64,000 nt of DNA from Rhina ancylostomus (taxonomy: Eukaryota). Positions within the stretch are counted from its first letter, which is position 1; each line of letters begins with the position of its first letter. Below the pieces are notes generated by a model that was not told the DNA's origin, did not search any database, and saw nothing but the letters and a program-made list of their open reading frames with translations. This document shows positions 1 to 64,000 of this stretch, in pieces. Location of the stretch: positions 25,341,767-25,405,766 of the forward strand of contig JARFYF010000022.1 of the NCBI GenBank assembly GCA_030265395.1, given 5' to 3'. Made by a program: the position numbers and the translations under genes.

Positions 1-749
1 GAAGATCTGTCCCACAATGGTTGTTAAGCTATTCTAACTAGTCAATCAATAGGGCTTGGGTACTTTTGCCCTTCATGGCTCAGGTATCAGTCAGATGTAG
101 TGAAAGTGTTTAGCTCTCCTCCCTTCAATAATTCTGTTACCATTAACAAAGCAAAACTCTACAATATTGTATATACAAATTTAACTTCAGCAGCTTTGTT
201 TTCCCAATTAGTACATGATAAAACGATTAAACTGTTTTAATCTGCATTTACAGGTATTTCAGCAAATAAATCAACTGATGCTCATTCGTGTTGTTACTTT
301 ACCTAAAAAAGAAATAAGCTTTGCTGAAAAAACAAGAGTAATGTAAAAAAAAGCTTTTAAAAATACATGTCAAATTTTCCAGCTGGAAGAATATTTAGAT
401 GTACACTATCCAATATTTTGTTCACTGAATATCTAGCAAATAGAGTTACTCCAGTTAAAGGATTAATTAATCATTTTGTATTGATTTAACATTACAATAC
501 TGTGCTTTTTGAAATTCTATTTAGAAAGCAGCTCTAAAAATAAGTAAACATAACTTTTATCATTCCGTAATTTTGATTTTTTTTTAAACACTACAAATCC
601 ATGTTCTAAACTTCTATCAAGCGAATCAAATCCCCACAATCAGATCTCTGCTAGATATTGCTGTGGTTTTCCATAATTGGCCCTGCCAGTGTTACTTTTC
701 TTTCTTTGTCGTTACTTCATACCACTGGTTCATTCCACAAGGTTTGCAA

Positions 750-53744
<52,995 letters not shown>

Positions 53745-54211
53745 TTTTAACCGATAAGGTATCGGAAAGAATAAAATTGCGATTATAACCGGCGGGGAAA
53801 ACCTAATGTTAACGAATTCCCTTCGCTCTTACGCCAGTAGCGTCAAAAAACCCAAAGGAGAAAGACAAAAAGATATTTAAAAACCTTATTTCAATAACCC
53901 CCACCGAACAGAACACCCTGCTACGCTGGGAGATGATTAAAATATTTTTAAATTGTTCAATTACATCAGAAATTAATTATATGCCAAAAATATAATTTTA
54001 AAATATACGCAAAATTAACCGTAAACGTCAGCAGAGAAAAAAATATCTACAGCTCTTGAAAGGATCAGCGGTTCTGTTCACTAATCACTGCAAAATGGGG
54101 ATAATATTATTCATCCCTCTAAGCACGATCCTCTATATGCGCAACCCGACAAGATACGGAGGAATAAAACGCCTTCGTGATGTGTTTGGAGCAATGGTGA
54201 TAAAGAATATG

Positions 54212-54287
54212 ATTGGAAATTCAGTTCGCCCCGCCCCTACACCAGCCAATGGATGGAGACCTTTAAAGTCAATGACGCCCTCACTTC
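54212..54287. promoter_or_regulatory. Core promoter motif cluster, likely bidirectional
   Basis: ATTGG 54212-54216, GC box GCCCCGCCCC 54228-54237, CCAAT 54246-54250, TTTAAA 54262-54267, TGACG 54273-54277, Inr-like TCACTTC 54281-54287. Confidence 0.65.
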
Positions 54288-54584
54288 AGCAGAGCAGTGT
54301 GGTCAGCATAAGTCTGTTGCTTTTATTATGTACTCCAATTATTCTTTGTTCGGTTCTTCTGTCAATCATGTTTTATTGAAATAGCTGTTTGAAGATGCAG
54401 CTGCTTGAGTGCTCTTTCCCAACCCAAGGGCTAAAAACTCGAATTTCTACCTGAGGGGGTTTCCAGACCAATAAAAAGTACAATTAGAAATTTGGACGTA
54501 AAAAACATCAGACCGGTAAGCATTCACGAAGCGAAAGGGCACTCTTATAACACAAGCTAGAGTGGAATTTTGACAAAATGAGAA

Positions 54585-55415
54585 TTAAAAGAACTGCAGA
54601 TGCTGGAAATTTGAAATAAAAAGATACTTTGGGAATATTTGACCTGAAAGTACTGAGAGAGGATCTCGACCAGAAGTGTTGACTGTCCATTTCCCTCCAT
54701 AGATGCTACAGCTTGTTTGGAGGAAAGAGAAAGAAATATAGTTTTATGTTGCAGGAAGGCATGGAAAAGACAAAGGGAATATCTGCTAGGGTGAGGCCAG
54801 GGTTATGTGGGGATNNNNNNNNNNNNNNNNNNNNNNNNNNNNNNNNNNNNNNNNNNNNNNNNNNNNNNNNNNNNNNNNNNNNNNNNNNNNNNNNNNNNNN
54901 NNNNNNNNNNNNNNAGGGTTATGTGGTGATAAATTGTGGAGGTAATCTGATTGATGGATTAATGAGGGCATGTAGAGAAAGAGAAAATGAACAAAAGTCA
55001 ACTAATGAGGATAGTCAAAAGGTGAGAATCCAAACCCAAAAACGTTGCAAAATGCAGCACTGTAGGACATGCGCAGCAGTTCAGCCGATGATAATGGAGA
55101 GCAAAAAACAGAGCCACTATCACGGATGGATAGTTTACAATAGGAATGACTTGTTTTGATGCCAAGAGATAAAGCAAGTTAGTTGAAGTTAATGAATTTG
55201 ATATTGAGTTTGGAAGGCACAACCTGCCTAGACACAAAATGAGGTGTTGGACCCTAAGCCTAAATTGGGTCCAATTGTAACAGTGCAGGAGGCCACAGGC
55301 AGATAGAATAGAAGTTGTACAGAGAATTAAAGAGGCAAACAACAGGAATCTCTGAGGACTGAACACAGGTGCTCTGTGAAGCAATCACCAATCTGCGTTT
55401 GGTTTCTCTTCTACA
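54585..55415 (-). mobile_element. Penelope-like element remnant (GIY-YIG endonuclease C-terminal part plus terminal repeat region)
   Basis: Frameshifted ETKRRL/GDCFTEHLCSV...GLLHCYN...QHLILCLGRL...LNIKFINFN*, followed on the minus strand by the ccagcatctgcagt terminus shared with the short dispersed repeats. Confidence 0.72.
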
Positions 55416-55734
55416 TTTGTAACAAAGATTGTTATTATGTGCATAATTATGATATCCTTCAAAATCTTAACTGCATAAGAAAGTATCTGTGGGTGAATAT
55501 GACCTTGTGTAACAGTGATGAGACAAAAACATATTTGAAGGGAGTATCAAAGATGAAAGCATGCTGGTGATTACCTCTGATCCTCCTTTGCTGTCATCCC
55601 TATAATACATGTAGCCATAGCAGCATGAATTAATTTGCTAACAGTTTCATCTATGTAATTATGAATAAGAGATTCTCTGCAGTTTTTTTTTCCATTCATG
55701 GGAACTTATTTCAGAAGTCATAACTAGTTTATGA

Positions 55735-56730
55735 CCTATAAAGGACACAGAACTAGTCCTTTAGCTTGCACATTCACATCGACCATGGCACCCATTGATA
55801 CTAATCCCATTTATCCATATTAAGTCCATAGCATTCTTTGCCTTGGCAATTCAAGTTCTTGTCTAGGTGCTTCTTAAAGATTGTGAGGGCATCTGTCTCC
55901 ACCGCTTCTTCAAGCCACACTCTGTGCAAAAAAATTTCCTCATAACCTCTTTAAACCTCCCACCTCTCACCTTAAAGTTATGCTATCTTAGGCATCCACA
56001 CCATGGGAAAATATTCTAACTGTTTAACCTATCTATTCCACTCATTACTTTGTAAACCCCTTTCAGGTTACCACTCAGCCTCCTCCACTCCTGGGAAAAC
56101 AACCTGCCCTATCCAATTTTCCCTTATAACTGAAGTGCTCCAATCCATGCAACATCCTGGTGAATCTCCATCTTCACTCTTTCCAGCACAATAGCATCCT
56201 TCCTATAGTGTGGCAACTGAAATGCACACAATACTCAAAGTGTTGTCTAACCAATGCTTTATAAATGATGTAACATGATGTCCCAGTGCTTATATTCTAT
56301 GCCGCAGCTGATGAAAGCAAGCATCCTATCTGTCTTCTTTGCCACACACCATATGTGGGATTTGGACTTGTACTTCAAGGTCCCTTTGTCTTCAGCACTT
56401 TCTAGGGCATTCCTGCATTTACTGTGTACATCCCTTACTCTTGTTTGCTGTCCCAAAATGCATCACTTTACACTTGTTAGGATTAAATTCCATCTGCCAC
56501 AGCTCACTCCTACTTTCCAACTGATCTATATCGTTGTAGCCTCAGATAACCCTCCTCACTAGCCACAACACCACTGATTTTTGACATTTGCAAATTTTCT
56601 AAAGATACCTCCTACATTCACATCCAGATTGTGAATGTCACAAACATCAAAGGCCTCAGCATTGACCTGTATGGTACACTGTTGGTCACAGACTTCCAAA
56701 GAGAAAAACAACCCTTCACTGCCACCTTTT
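55735..56730 (-). mobile_element. CR1-clade LINE 3' part, minus strand
   Basis: Reverse complement of the same family; ORF fragment DRMLAFISCGIEYKHWDIML. Confidence 0.85.
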
Positions 56731-57899
56731 GACCTTGTTTTGTTCTATGGATTATAGTATGAGGAGTTACCTTCACTTTTGTTAAGTTAGCTCCTTAATA
56801 AGCTTTGTATAAATTGTCATATAACAGTGAATGTGTTGTTCAGTAGTCTTTGGAACAAATTACATTTGGTGCACTTTCTTGGAACCAAATCCAGTTCTTC
56901 AGGTCAAATCAATCATGCCTTGAGCTACAAATACATTGTGGAGGAATTAGTATGGAAATCTTTTTGTACTCTGATGCAAGGGATGAAATGGGTGTTATTT
57001 TTCATTTTTCAGATTCTTGCATTGCTGGCATGCCCAGTACTCATTATCCTTAGACAAGTGGGTGGTAAACTGTGTTCTTGAAATATTGCATTCCTTGCAT
57101 TCCATCTGATGAAGGTACTCCCACTGTGCTGTTGGATGAGCACTTCCAGGAGTTAAACCCAGCAACAATGCAATGTACAGTACTTTCATACAAGGATGGC
57201 ATGTGTCTTGGAGGGGAACATGCAGATAGTGCTTCCATACTCTCAAAACCCTTGTCCCTCTGTGGTGGTAGAGATCAGATTAGCCTAGGCAAGCAACTGC
57301 AGCCACAGTGAGTTGATAGTGGAGAGAATAAATATTTAGGATAGTGGATGGAATACCAATTAATTGGGCTGCCTTGTCATCGATTCATACAATGTAGATA
57401 CGGGCCCTTGGGGCCAATGTGCCTATATCAACCATCAAACATCCATCCACACTAGGGGCAGTTTACAACAGCAAATTAACATACCAACAATCTTTGAAAC
57501 CAGTTCACCTATGGGAAACATTTGCAGGCACAGGAAGAACATACAAATTTCACATAGACAGCACTCAGGGTCAGGATCAAGCTCTACGCTACCAGGAATC
57601 TACTTAGGACACTCCTAAACCCCTGTGGAAGTTCACACTCTTGCCAGTGGTCCCTCGATGTAGTTTCAACTCTAGCAGCAATTGAAAAGAGGAAGAGCCA
57701 CACACATGTGGCATTTTTTATAGTGCTGGAGAGCTGGGTGGAGCAAGCTCAGGTAATTCAACAGGTCCATTAAGTCATGGCCAGGTACAAAAGGTATTCA
57801 TGGAACCAGTGGTCAGGAGTGTGTGCTAATGAGGGGGTGGAGCCAGACCTTGATTGACAGTGGTGTTGCTTTTGACCAGTACTCGATGGTGTCACATGA

Positions 57900-59300
57900 C
57901 AGCCATGAACTTTCACACTACATGGTGCAATGTCGCTTTCTGCACGCTGGTGTGGACTGCTTAGTTTCTCAAGAGTTACAAATAGAATTGAACATTTTGA
58001 TCATCAATGAACATTCTCAATTTTGAGCTTATGCTGGAAGTAGGATTGCTGATGAAGCACCTGAAGGTGGCTGGGTCTAGAACACTGCCTTGAGGAACTT
58101 CAATGACGTCCTGGGTTTGGGATGATTGACATCCATTCACCATCACCGTTTCCTTTGTGCAAGGTATAAATCCAGTCAATGTTTTCCCCTTGATTTTTAT
58201 CAGCTTCAGTTTTACCTGGACACACTTATGCCACATTCAATCAATTGCTGCCATGATGGTAAGGACAGTAAACTTCACTTCACCTCTGGAAGTTAGCTCT
58301 TTGATAGCACTGTCAATTACAATCAATTAATAAATTCAGTCAATAATTTGGAACATAAAATCAACTGACTCATGAGAAATAATAACAATAAAAACTATGT
58401 TGTAAAAACCCACCTGGTTCACCAACATCTCTCAGGAGAGAAAATCTTACTTGATCTGGTCTATACTTAACTCCTGGCCTACCTCTGCAGTTGACTCTTA
58501 AATGGACTGGAAGTCATTTAGTTACACCATGTCACTAAATTTGGAATGCAGTAGTTCATATAAGTGATTCACTATTCCATCCTCAAGAAGAATTATGTAC
58601 AGACAAACATTGACTTGCCAACAATGCCCGGATCCCACTCAATCAATAGATAAATAAGCAAGCGAGTTCCTCAATAATCTAACACTATTTACATGAGAAA
58701 TGGTAGGAGTGCTGAGCTTTCACCTATTCTTTATGAGATCATTTAGTTCTGCCTGTTACATGCTTTTCATTGTTTAGAGTACGTGTAGTTCTGCACTGAA
58801 GCTATGCCAGGTTGGCACCTAACTTTTAGATGTGCCCGCTGCCGCTCCTGGTATGCTCCTCTGCACTCCTCTCTGAACCAAAGTTGACTCCCTGGCTTGA
58901 TAGTACTGATATGGTGAGGGATATGATGGTCGTATGGTTACAGATTGTGATGATGTACATTTCTGTTGCTGCTGATGGTGCAAACTATCTCTTGAATGCC
59001 CAGTTTTGAGCTGTAGGATCTGTCCTGAGTCCATCCAATTTAGTCTGATGTGCCATATGATACAATGGAAGGTAGCCTAGTGTGAAGTTGGGACTTTGTC
59101 TCCGCAAGAGCTGTACAGTGGTCACTTCTACAAATGCTATCATGGACAGATACATCTGCCACAAGTAAGTTGGTGAGGATGAGTTCGGGTGGGTATATTG
59201 GTTGTTTTGGTTCACTCACTACCTGCTGCAGATCCAACTGGGCAGCAGTGTCCTTCAGGACTCAACCACTCAGCCACCAGCGGTGTTAACAAGCTACTCC
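57900..59300 (-). mobile_element. Degenerate non-LTR (CR1/L2-type) element: RT fragment and endonuclease-adjacent fragment
   Basis: VPQGSVLDPATFRCFIS...MFIDD in ORF 57976..58236; VHDSICRSDH in ORF 59040..59237; interrupted by other repeats. Confidence 0.7.
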
Positions 59301-60842
59301 TCAAAATTCTTTGTCTCATTGTATAAACCTCCTTCACAACTGATGCTGTTTTTGTCAGACTACTATTTGTACAGGTGATAGATTTCAAGAGTGTAATCAT
59401 AGTTTGGGTTGAGAACATAGTTCTATAGTCTCTCACTCTTATGATTAATCTTCTAAATGCTGTTATTTGAATATTGCAGCTGTAGGTTAGTTATTGCAAA
59501 ATCATAAATAGTTTTTTTTGAAATAATAATGTTACATCAGAGTATGTACCGAGTCAAGGAGAATTTCCTTGTATTAGAACATAATTGTTACTTAGTCAAC
59601 ATCATTAATGTTAATCCACTTTTGTAAATTATGTCACTATAGTGGAGAATATGTGTAGCTTTTGATTTCCAAGAAACAAATTATCATGTATGGTAGTTTT
59701 TCTGAATCCTTTAAATCAGTGGCTTTCCTTCTGATCCCCAAAAACTTCTCTAAGGCTCAAGTTAAGAAGTGTGGAATATGCACTACTTGCCTGGAACGGT
59801 GCAGCTGTTTCAGTAACAGTAATTATTGGAATTATAACTCACATATGGCANNNNNNNNNNNNNNNNNNNNNNNNNNNNNNNNNNNNNNNNNNNNNNNNNN
59901 NNNNNNNNNNNNNNNNNNNNNNNNNNNNNNNNNNNNNNNNNNNNNNNNNNNNNNNNNNNNNNNNNNNNNNNNNNNNNNNNNNNNNNNNNNNNNNNNNNNN
60001 NNNNNNNNNNNNNNNNNNNNNNNNNNNNNNNNNNNNNNNNNNNNNNNNNNNNNNNNNNNNNNNNNNNNNNNNNNNNNNNNNNNNNNNNNNNNNNNNNNNN
60101 NNNNNNNNNNNNNNNNNNNNNNNNNNNNNNNNNNNNNNNNNNNNNNNNNNNNNNNNNNNNNNNNNNNNNNNNNNNNNNNNNNNNNNNNNNNNNNNNNNNN
60201 NNNNNNNNNNNNNNNNNNNNNNNNNNNNNNNNNNNNNNNNNNNNNNNNNNNNNNNNNNNNNNNNNNNNNNNNNNNNNNNNNNNNNNNNNNNNNNNNNNNN
60301 NNNNNNNNNNNNNNNNNNNNNNNNNNNNNNNNNNNNNNNNNNNNNNNNNNNNNNNNNNNNNNNNNNNNNNNNNNNNNNNNNNNNNNNNNNNNNNNNNNNN
60401 NNNNNNNNNNNNNNNNNNNNNNNNNNNNNNNNNNNNNNNNNNNNNNNNNNNNNNNNNNNNNNNNNNNNNNNNNNNNNNNNNNNNNNNNNNNNNNNNNNNN
60501 NNNNNNNNNNNNNNNNNNNNNNNNNNNNNNNNNNNNNNNNNNNNNNNNNNNNNNNNNNNNNNNNNNNNNNNNNNNNNNNNNNNNNNNNNNNNNNNNNNNN
60601 NNNNNNNNNNNNNNNNNNNNNNNNNNNNNNNNNNNNNNNNNNNNNNNNNNNNNNNNNNNNNNNNNNNNNNNNNNNNNNNNNNNNNNNNNNNNNNNNNNNN
60701 NNNNNNNNNNNNNNNNNNNNNNNNNNNNNNNNNNNNNNNNNNNNNNNNNNNNNNNNNNNNNNNNNNNNNNNNNNNNNNNNNNNNNNNNNNNNNNNNNNNN
60801 NNNNNNNNNNNNNNNNNNNNNNNNNNNNNNNNNNNNNNNNNN

Positions 60843-61030
60843 CAAGATGGTTCTGATTATTGGGGGTCAATTTTCCCAGATCCGCAGCATCACTGCAGGA
60901 GTTCCTCATGGCAATGCCCTAGGCACAACTATCTTTAGCTGCTTCATCACTGATACTCCTTCCATCAAAAGGCCAGAAGTGGGGATGTGTGCTGATGATT
61001 GCACAATGTTAAATTCCTTCGCAACCACAG
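60843..61030 (+). mobile_element. Non-LTR RT fragment
   Basis: SITAGVPHGNALGTTIFSCFI...GMCADDCTM (GVPQG and FADD-like motifs). Confidence 0.75.
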
Positions 61031-62569
61031 AAACAGATAATTTGCTATCTGACTCATGCATAGGGACACTCAGGTTTCACTGTACCTCCCCTTTTCTAAT
61101 TTCATGCCATTCAGATAATAATTTGCTTTCCTGTTTGAGCCACTGAAGTGGATAACCTCACAGTTATCCACATTTTTCTGAATCTGCCATGTATCTGCCC
61201 AGTCCCTTAACATCACCCTACAGCCTCTTTGCCGCCTACATTCTCACCCATCATTGTATTGTCTTCTAATTTGGCAATATTGTACTTAACTCTTTTATCA
61301 AAATCATTAATTGTCATGGTTCTGAGTTCTGGCCCTCAATTTGGCTCCANNNNNNNNNNNNNNNNNNNNNNNNNNNNNNNNNNNNNNNNNNNNNNNNNNN
61401 NNNNNNNNNNNNNNNNNNNNNNNNNNNNNNNNNNNNNNNNNNNNNNNNNNNNNNNNNNNNNNNNNNNNNNNNNNNNNNNNNNNNNNNNNNNNNNNNNNNN
61501 NNNNNNNNNNNNNNNNNNNNNNNNNNNNNNNNNNNNNNNNNNNNNNNNNNNNNNNNNNNNNNNNNNNNNNNNNNNNNNNNNNNNNNNNNNNNNNNNNNNN
61601 NNNNNNNNNNNNNNNNNNNNNNNNNNNNNNNNNNNNNNNNNNNNNNNNNNNNNNNNNNNNNNNNNNNNNNNNNNNNNNNNNNNNNNNNNNNNNNNNNNNN
61701 NNNNNNNNNNNNNNNNNNNNNNNNNNNNNNNNNNNNNNNNNNNNNNNNNNNNNNNNNNNNNNNNNNNNNNNNNNNNNNNNNNNNNNNNNNNNNNNNNNNN
61801 NNNNNNNNNNNNNNNNNNNNNNNNNNNNNNNNNNNNNNNNNNNNNNNNNNNNNNNNNNNNNNNNNNNNNNNNNNNNNNNNNNNNNNNNNNNNNNNNNNNN
61901 NNNNNNNNNNNNNNNNNNNNNNNNNNNNNNNNNNNNNNNNNCTACTAATACTGATTTCCTTCAGTTCCCCTTCTCATGAGATTCTAGGTTTCTGAACATT
62001 TCTGAGTGAAAACAGGCCCTAAGTATTTGTTCAAATGGTCTACCACTTCTTTGTTCCTCATAATATAAAATTCCCACTTCTGACAGCAAGACATCTACAT
62101 TTGATTTCACTAATCTCTTTCTCTTCCTCTTTCTTTTCTCTTATTTTTATGTTCCTGCAAGCAGGCTCCACACTATATTTTATTCTCTTAATTAATCCCT
62201 TGGTCCTCCTTTGTTGCATTCTACACTGATTGCAGCCCTCAGGTTTGCTGCTTTTCCAGGTTATTTTATTTGTCTTTTCCCCACATTTCCCAGTATTCTC
62301 AACACTTAAAGAGTTGACATCACCCAGAGTAGAGCAGCTTCCTTTATCTGTGCTCCTGCGATTAGGATCCACTGGCACCTCTTCCATTACTGTCCTACCA
62401 TGCCTGTAATGTGTGCAATCTTCAGTATTCACTTCATCAACTCAGAAAATGTACCTCAGAGCACCCCTGTAATTTGTTGTGTTTACTTCTGAGAAGGACC
62501 TGGCATTAATGGTGTGAAAGCAGCATCTAATTCTTCTCTTCGTCAAGCAGACTTAAATATTTACTTTTC

Positions 62570-62850
62570 CTTCATTGACACTGATCTTCATTTATCACTG
62601 CTGTTTGAAAGTAGGGCCTCAATACCAGGGATGTTGGTCTGGGAGATGATGTTGGATCACTTACCTTTCTAGTAAATTGGAGGATTTTGTGGAGACAAAG
62701 TTGGAGGTATTTTTCCCATGTTTTGAGATACATGCTGTAGCTAGTCCAGGTCTCAGAAGCATATAGGAGGGCAGGATTCACTGCTGCCCAGTAGACTATG
62801 AGTTTTGTGTCAGGTCTGAAGTCCTAATCTTTGAATACTCTTTTCTTCAA
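62570..62850 (-). mobile_element. RTE-clade LINE fragment
   Basis: ORF 62572..62781 LLYASETWT...LQLCLHKILQ, the post-RT motif typical of RTE elements. Confidence 0.7.
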
Positions 62851-62909
62851 CTGAACATCAGTATCCTCTCCCAGGCCAACATCCTCAGCATTGAGCCCCC
62901 CCCACCCCC

Positions 62910-63470
62910 AAAACACTGATTAGATGGCACTTGGAATATTGTTTGCAGTTCTGGTGACCACACAAAAGGAATGGTGTGGTTGCGCTGGAGAGAGTACAGA
63001 GGAGATTTACCAAGATTTTGACAGGATTGGGGGATTTTAGTTATGGGGAGTGATTGAATAGGCAGGACTTGTTTTCCTTGGAGCGAAGGAGTCTGTGACC
63101 TGATAGAGATATATAAAATTGTAAGAGGCATAGGTAAGGTAGATAGTCAGAATCTTTTTCCCATGGTGGGGGTATCAAAAACAATAGGGCATAGTCATAA
63201 GGTAAGAGGAATAAATTCTCAAGGGGATTTGAGAGGAAAGTTTTTATTTATTAACACAGAGTGGTTGATATCTGGAAGTCACTGCAAGAACAGGTGGTGG
63301 AATTAGATACAACCACTATATTTAAGAGACATTTTAGATGTAATTTGAATAGGCAAGACATCAAAAGATAGAACCAATTGCAGGCAAAGAAGATTAGTGT
63401 AGATGGGCAAAAAATAGCATGGACATGGTCGGACAAAGGGCCTGTTTCTGTGCTATACAAGTCCATGACT
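62910..63470 (+). mobile_element. CR1-clade LINE 3' fragment
   Basis: cacttggaatattgtttgcagttctgg..., tail aagggcctgtttctgtgctatac. Confidence 0.85.
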
Positions 63471-64000
63471 ATTTGCACTCAGTCAGCAATGTTGGATGGA
63501 GCATACCACTCACATCCCCAACATGAGACTCCTGAGGCAGACACTCTATTCCAAGCTGTATCATTATGAAAAAAGTTACCAATTTGACAGAGAAAACAAT
63601 TCTGACATTAGTTCAAAGTTTCCTTGAAGAAATGCAGTATCCCTACTGACTCCTGGCAACTTCTGATCTATGACCACTCAGAGTGGCAAGGGAGCTATCA
63701 AGGTGGTATCGAGATGAAGAACATTGTATGAAAACTTAACCAAAAGTAATGCAATGGTTTGAAGATAATTTCCACTCATCGTAATTAGGAACATGCAATA
63801 AATATGGCTGTTAATGTCAACAACATCCTGAGAGCAATTTTTAAAAAATGATGACCTAAAGTGACAAGATCACATAATAATGATAAATACTAAACCAACT
63901 TCAATTTCATTTCAATTTTAATCTTCATCAAAATAATCGCTGTATTTTAGAATCAGTTAATAGTTACTGTATTATGCAAACTAAAATGTTAATTTACTGA

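Noticed and set aside
59662-61979. Long ORFs of 200-490 aa here and at 2037-2747
   Set aside because: They consist almost entirely of X residues from N-gaps.

Overview
Vertebrate genomic DNA, AT-rich, with 12 N-gaps. The repeat content (CR1/HER1-like LINEs, HE1/V-SINE-like SINEs, Penelope-derived elements) suggests a cartilaginous fish, which is an inference. The window holds a complete 12-exon choline kinase alpha gene (chka) on the minus strand: ATG at 53744, TGA at 750-752, 1245-nt CDS, 414 aa, all introns GT-AG. A CpG-rich, apparently bidirectional promoter lies at about 53.3-54.3 kb. The main anomaly is five intact, correctly ordered fibronectin exons (type I modules 2-6, 10244-16111, with their introns) inside chka intron 8 on the same strand. 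They sit in a more GC-rich block bounded by a 100-N gap and two same-orientation CR1 copies, so this is either a real nested gene fragment or a misassembly. Second, a Penelope-like GIY-YIG remnant and many short, often fold-back copies of its terminus carry decayed minimal hammerhead-ribozyme motifs. Most listed ORFs are spurious, LINE fragments or N-gap artefacts. All homology calls are from recalled sequences, not database searches.
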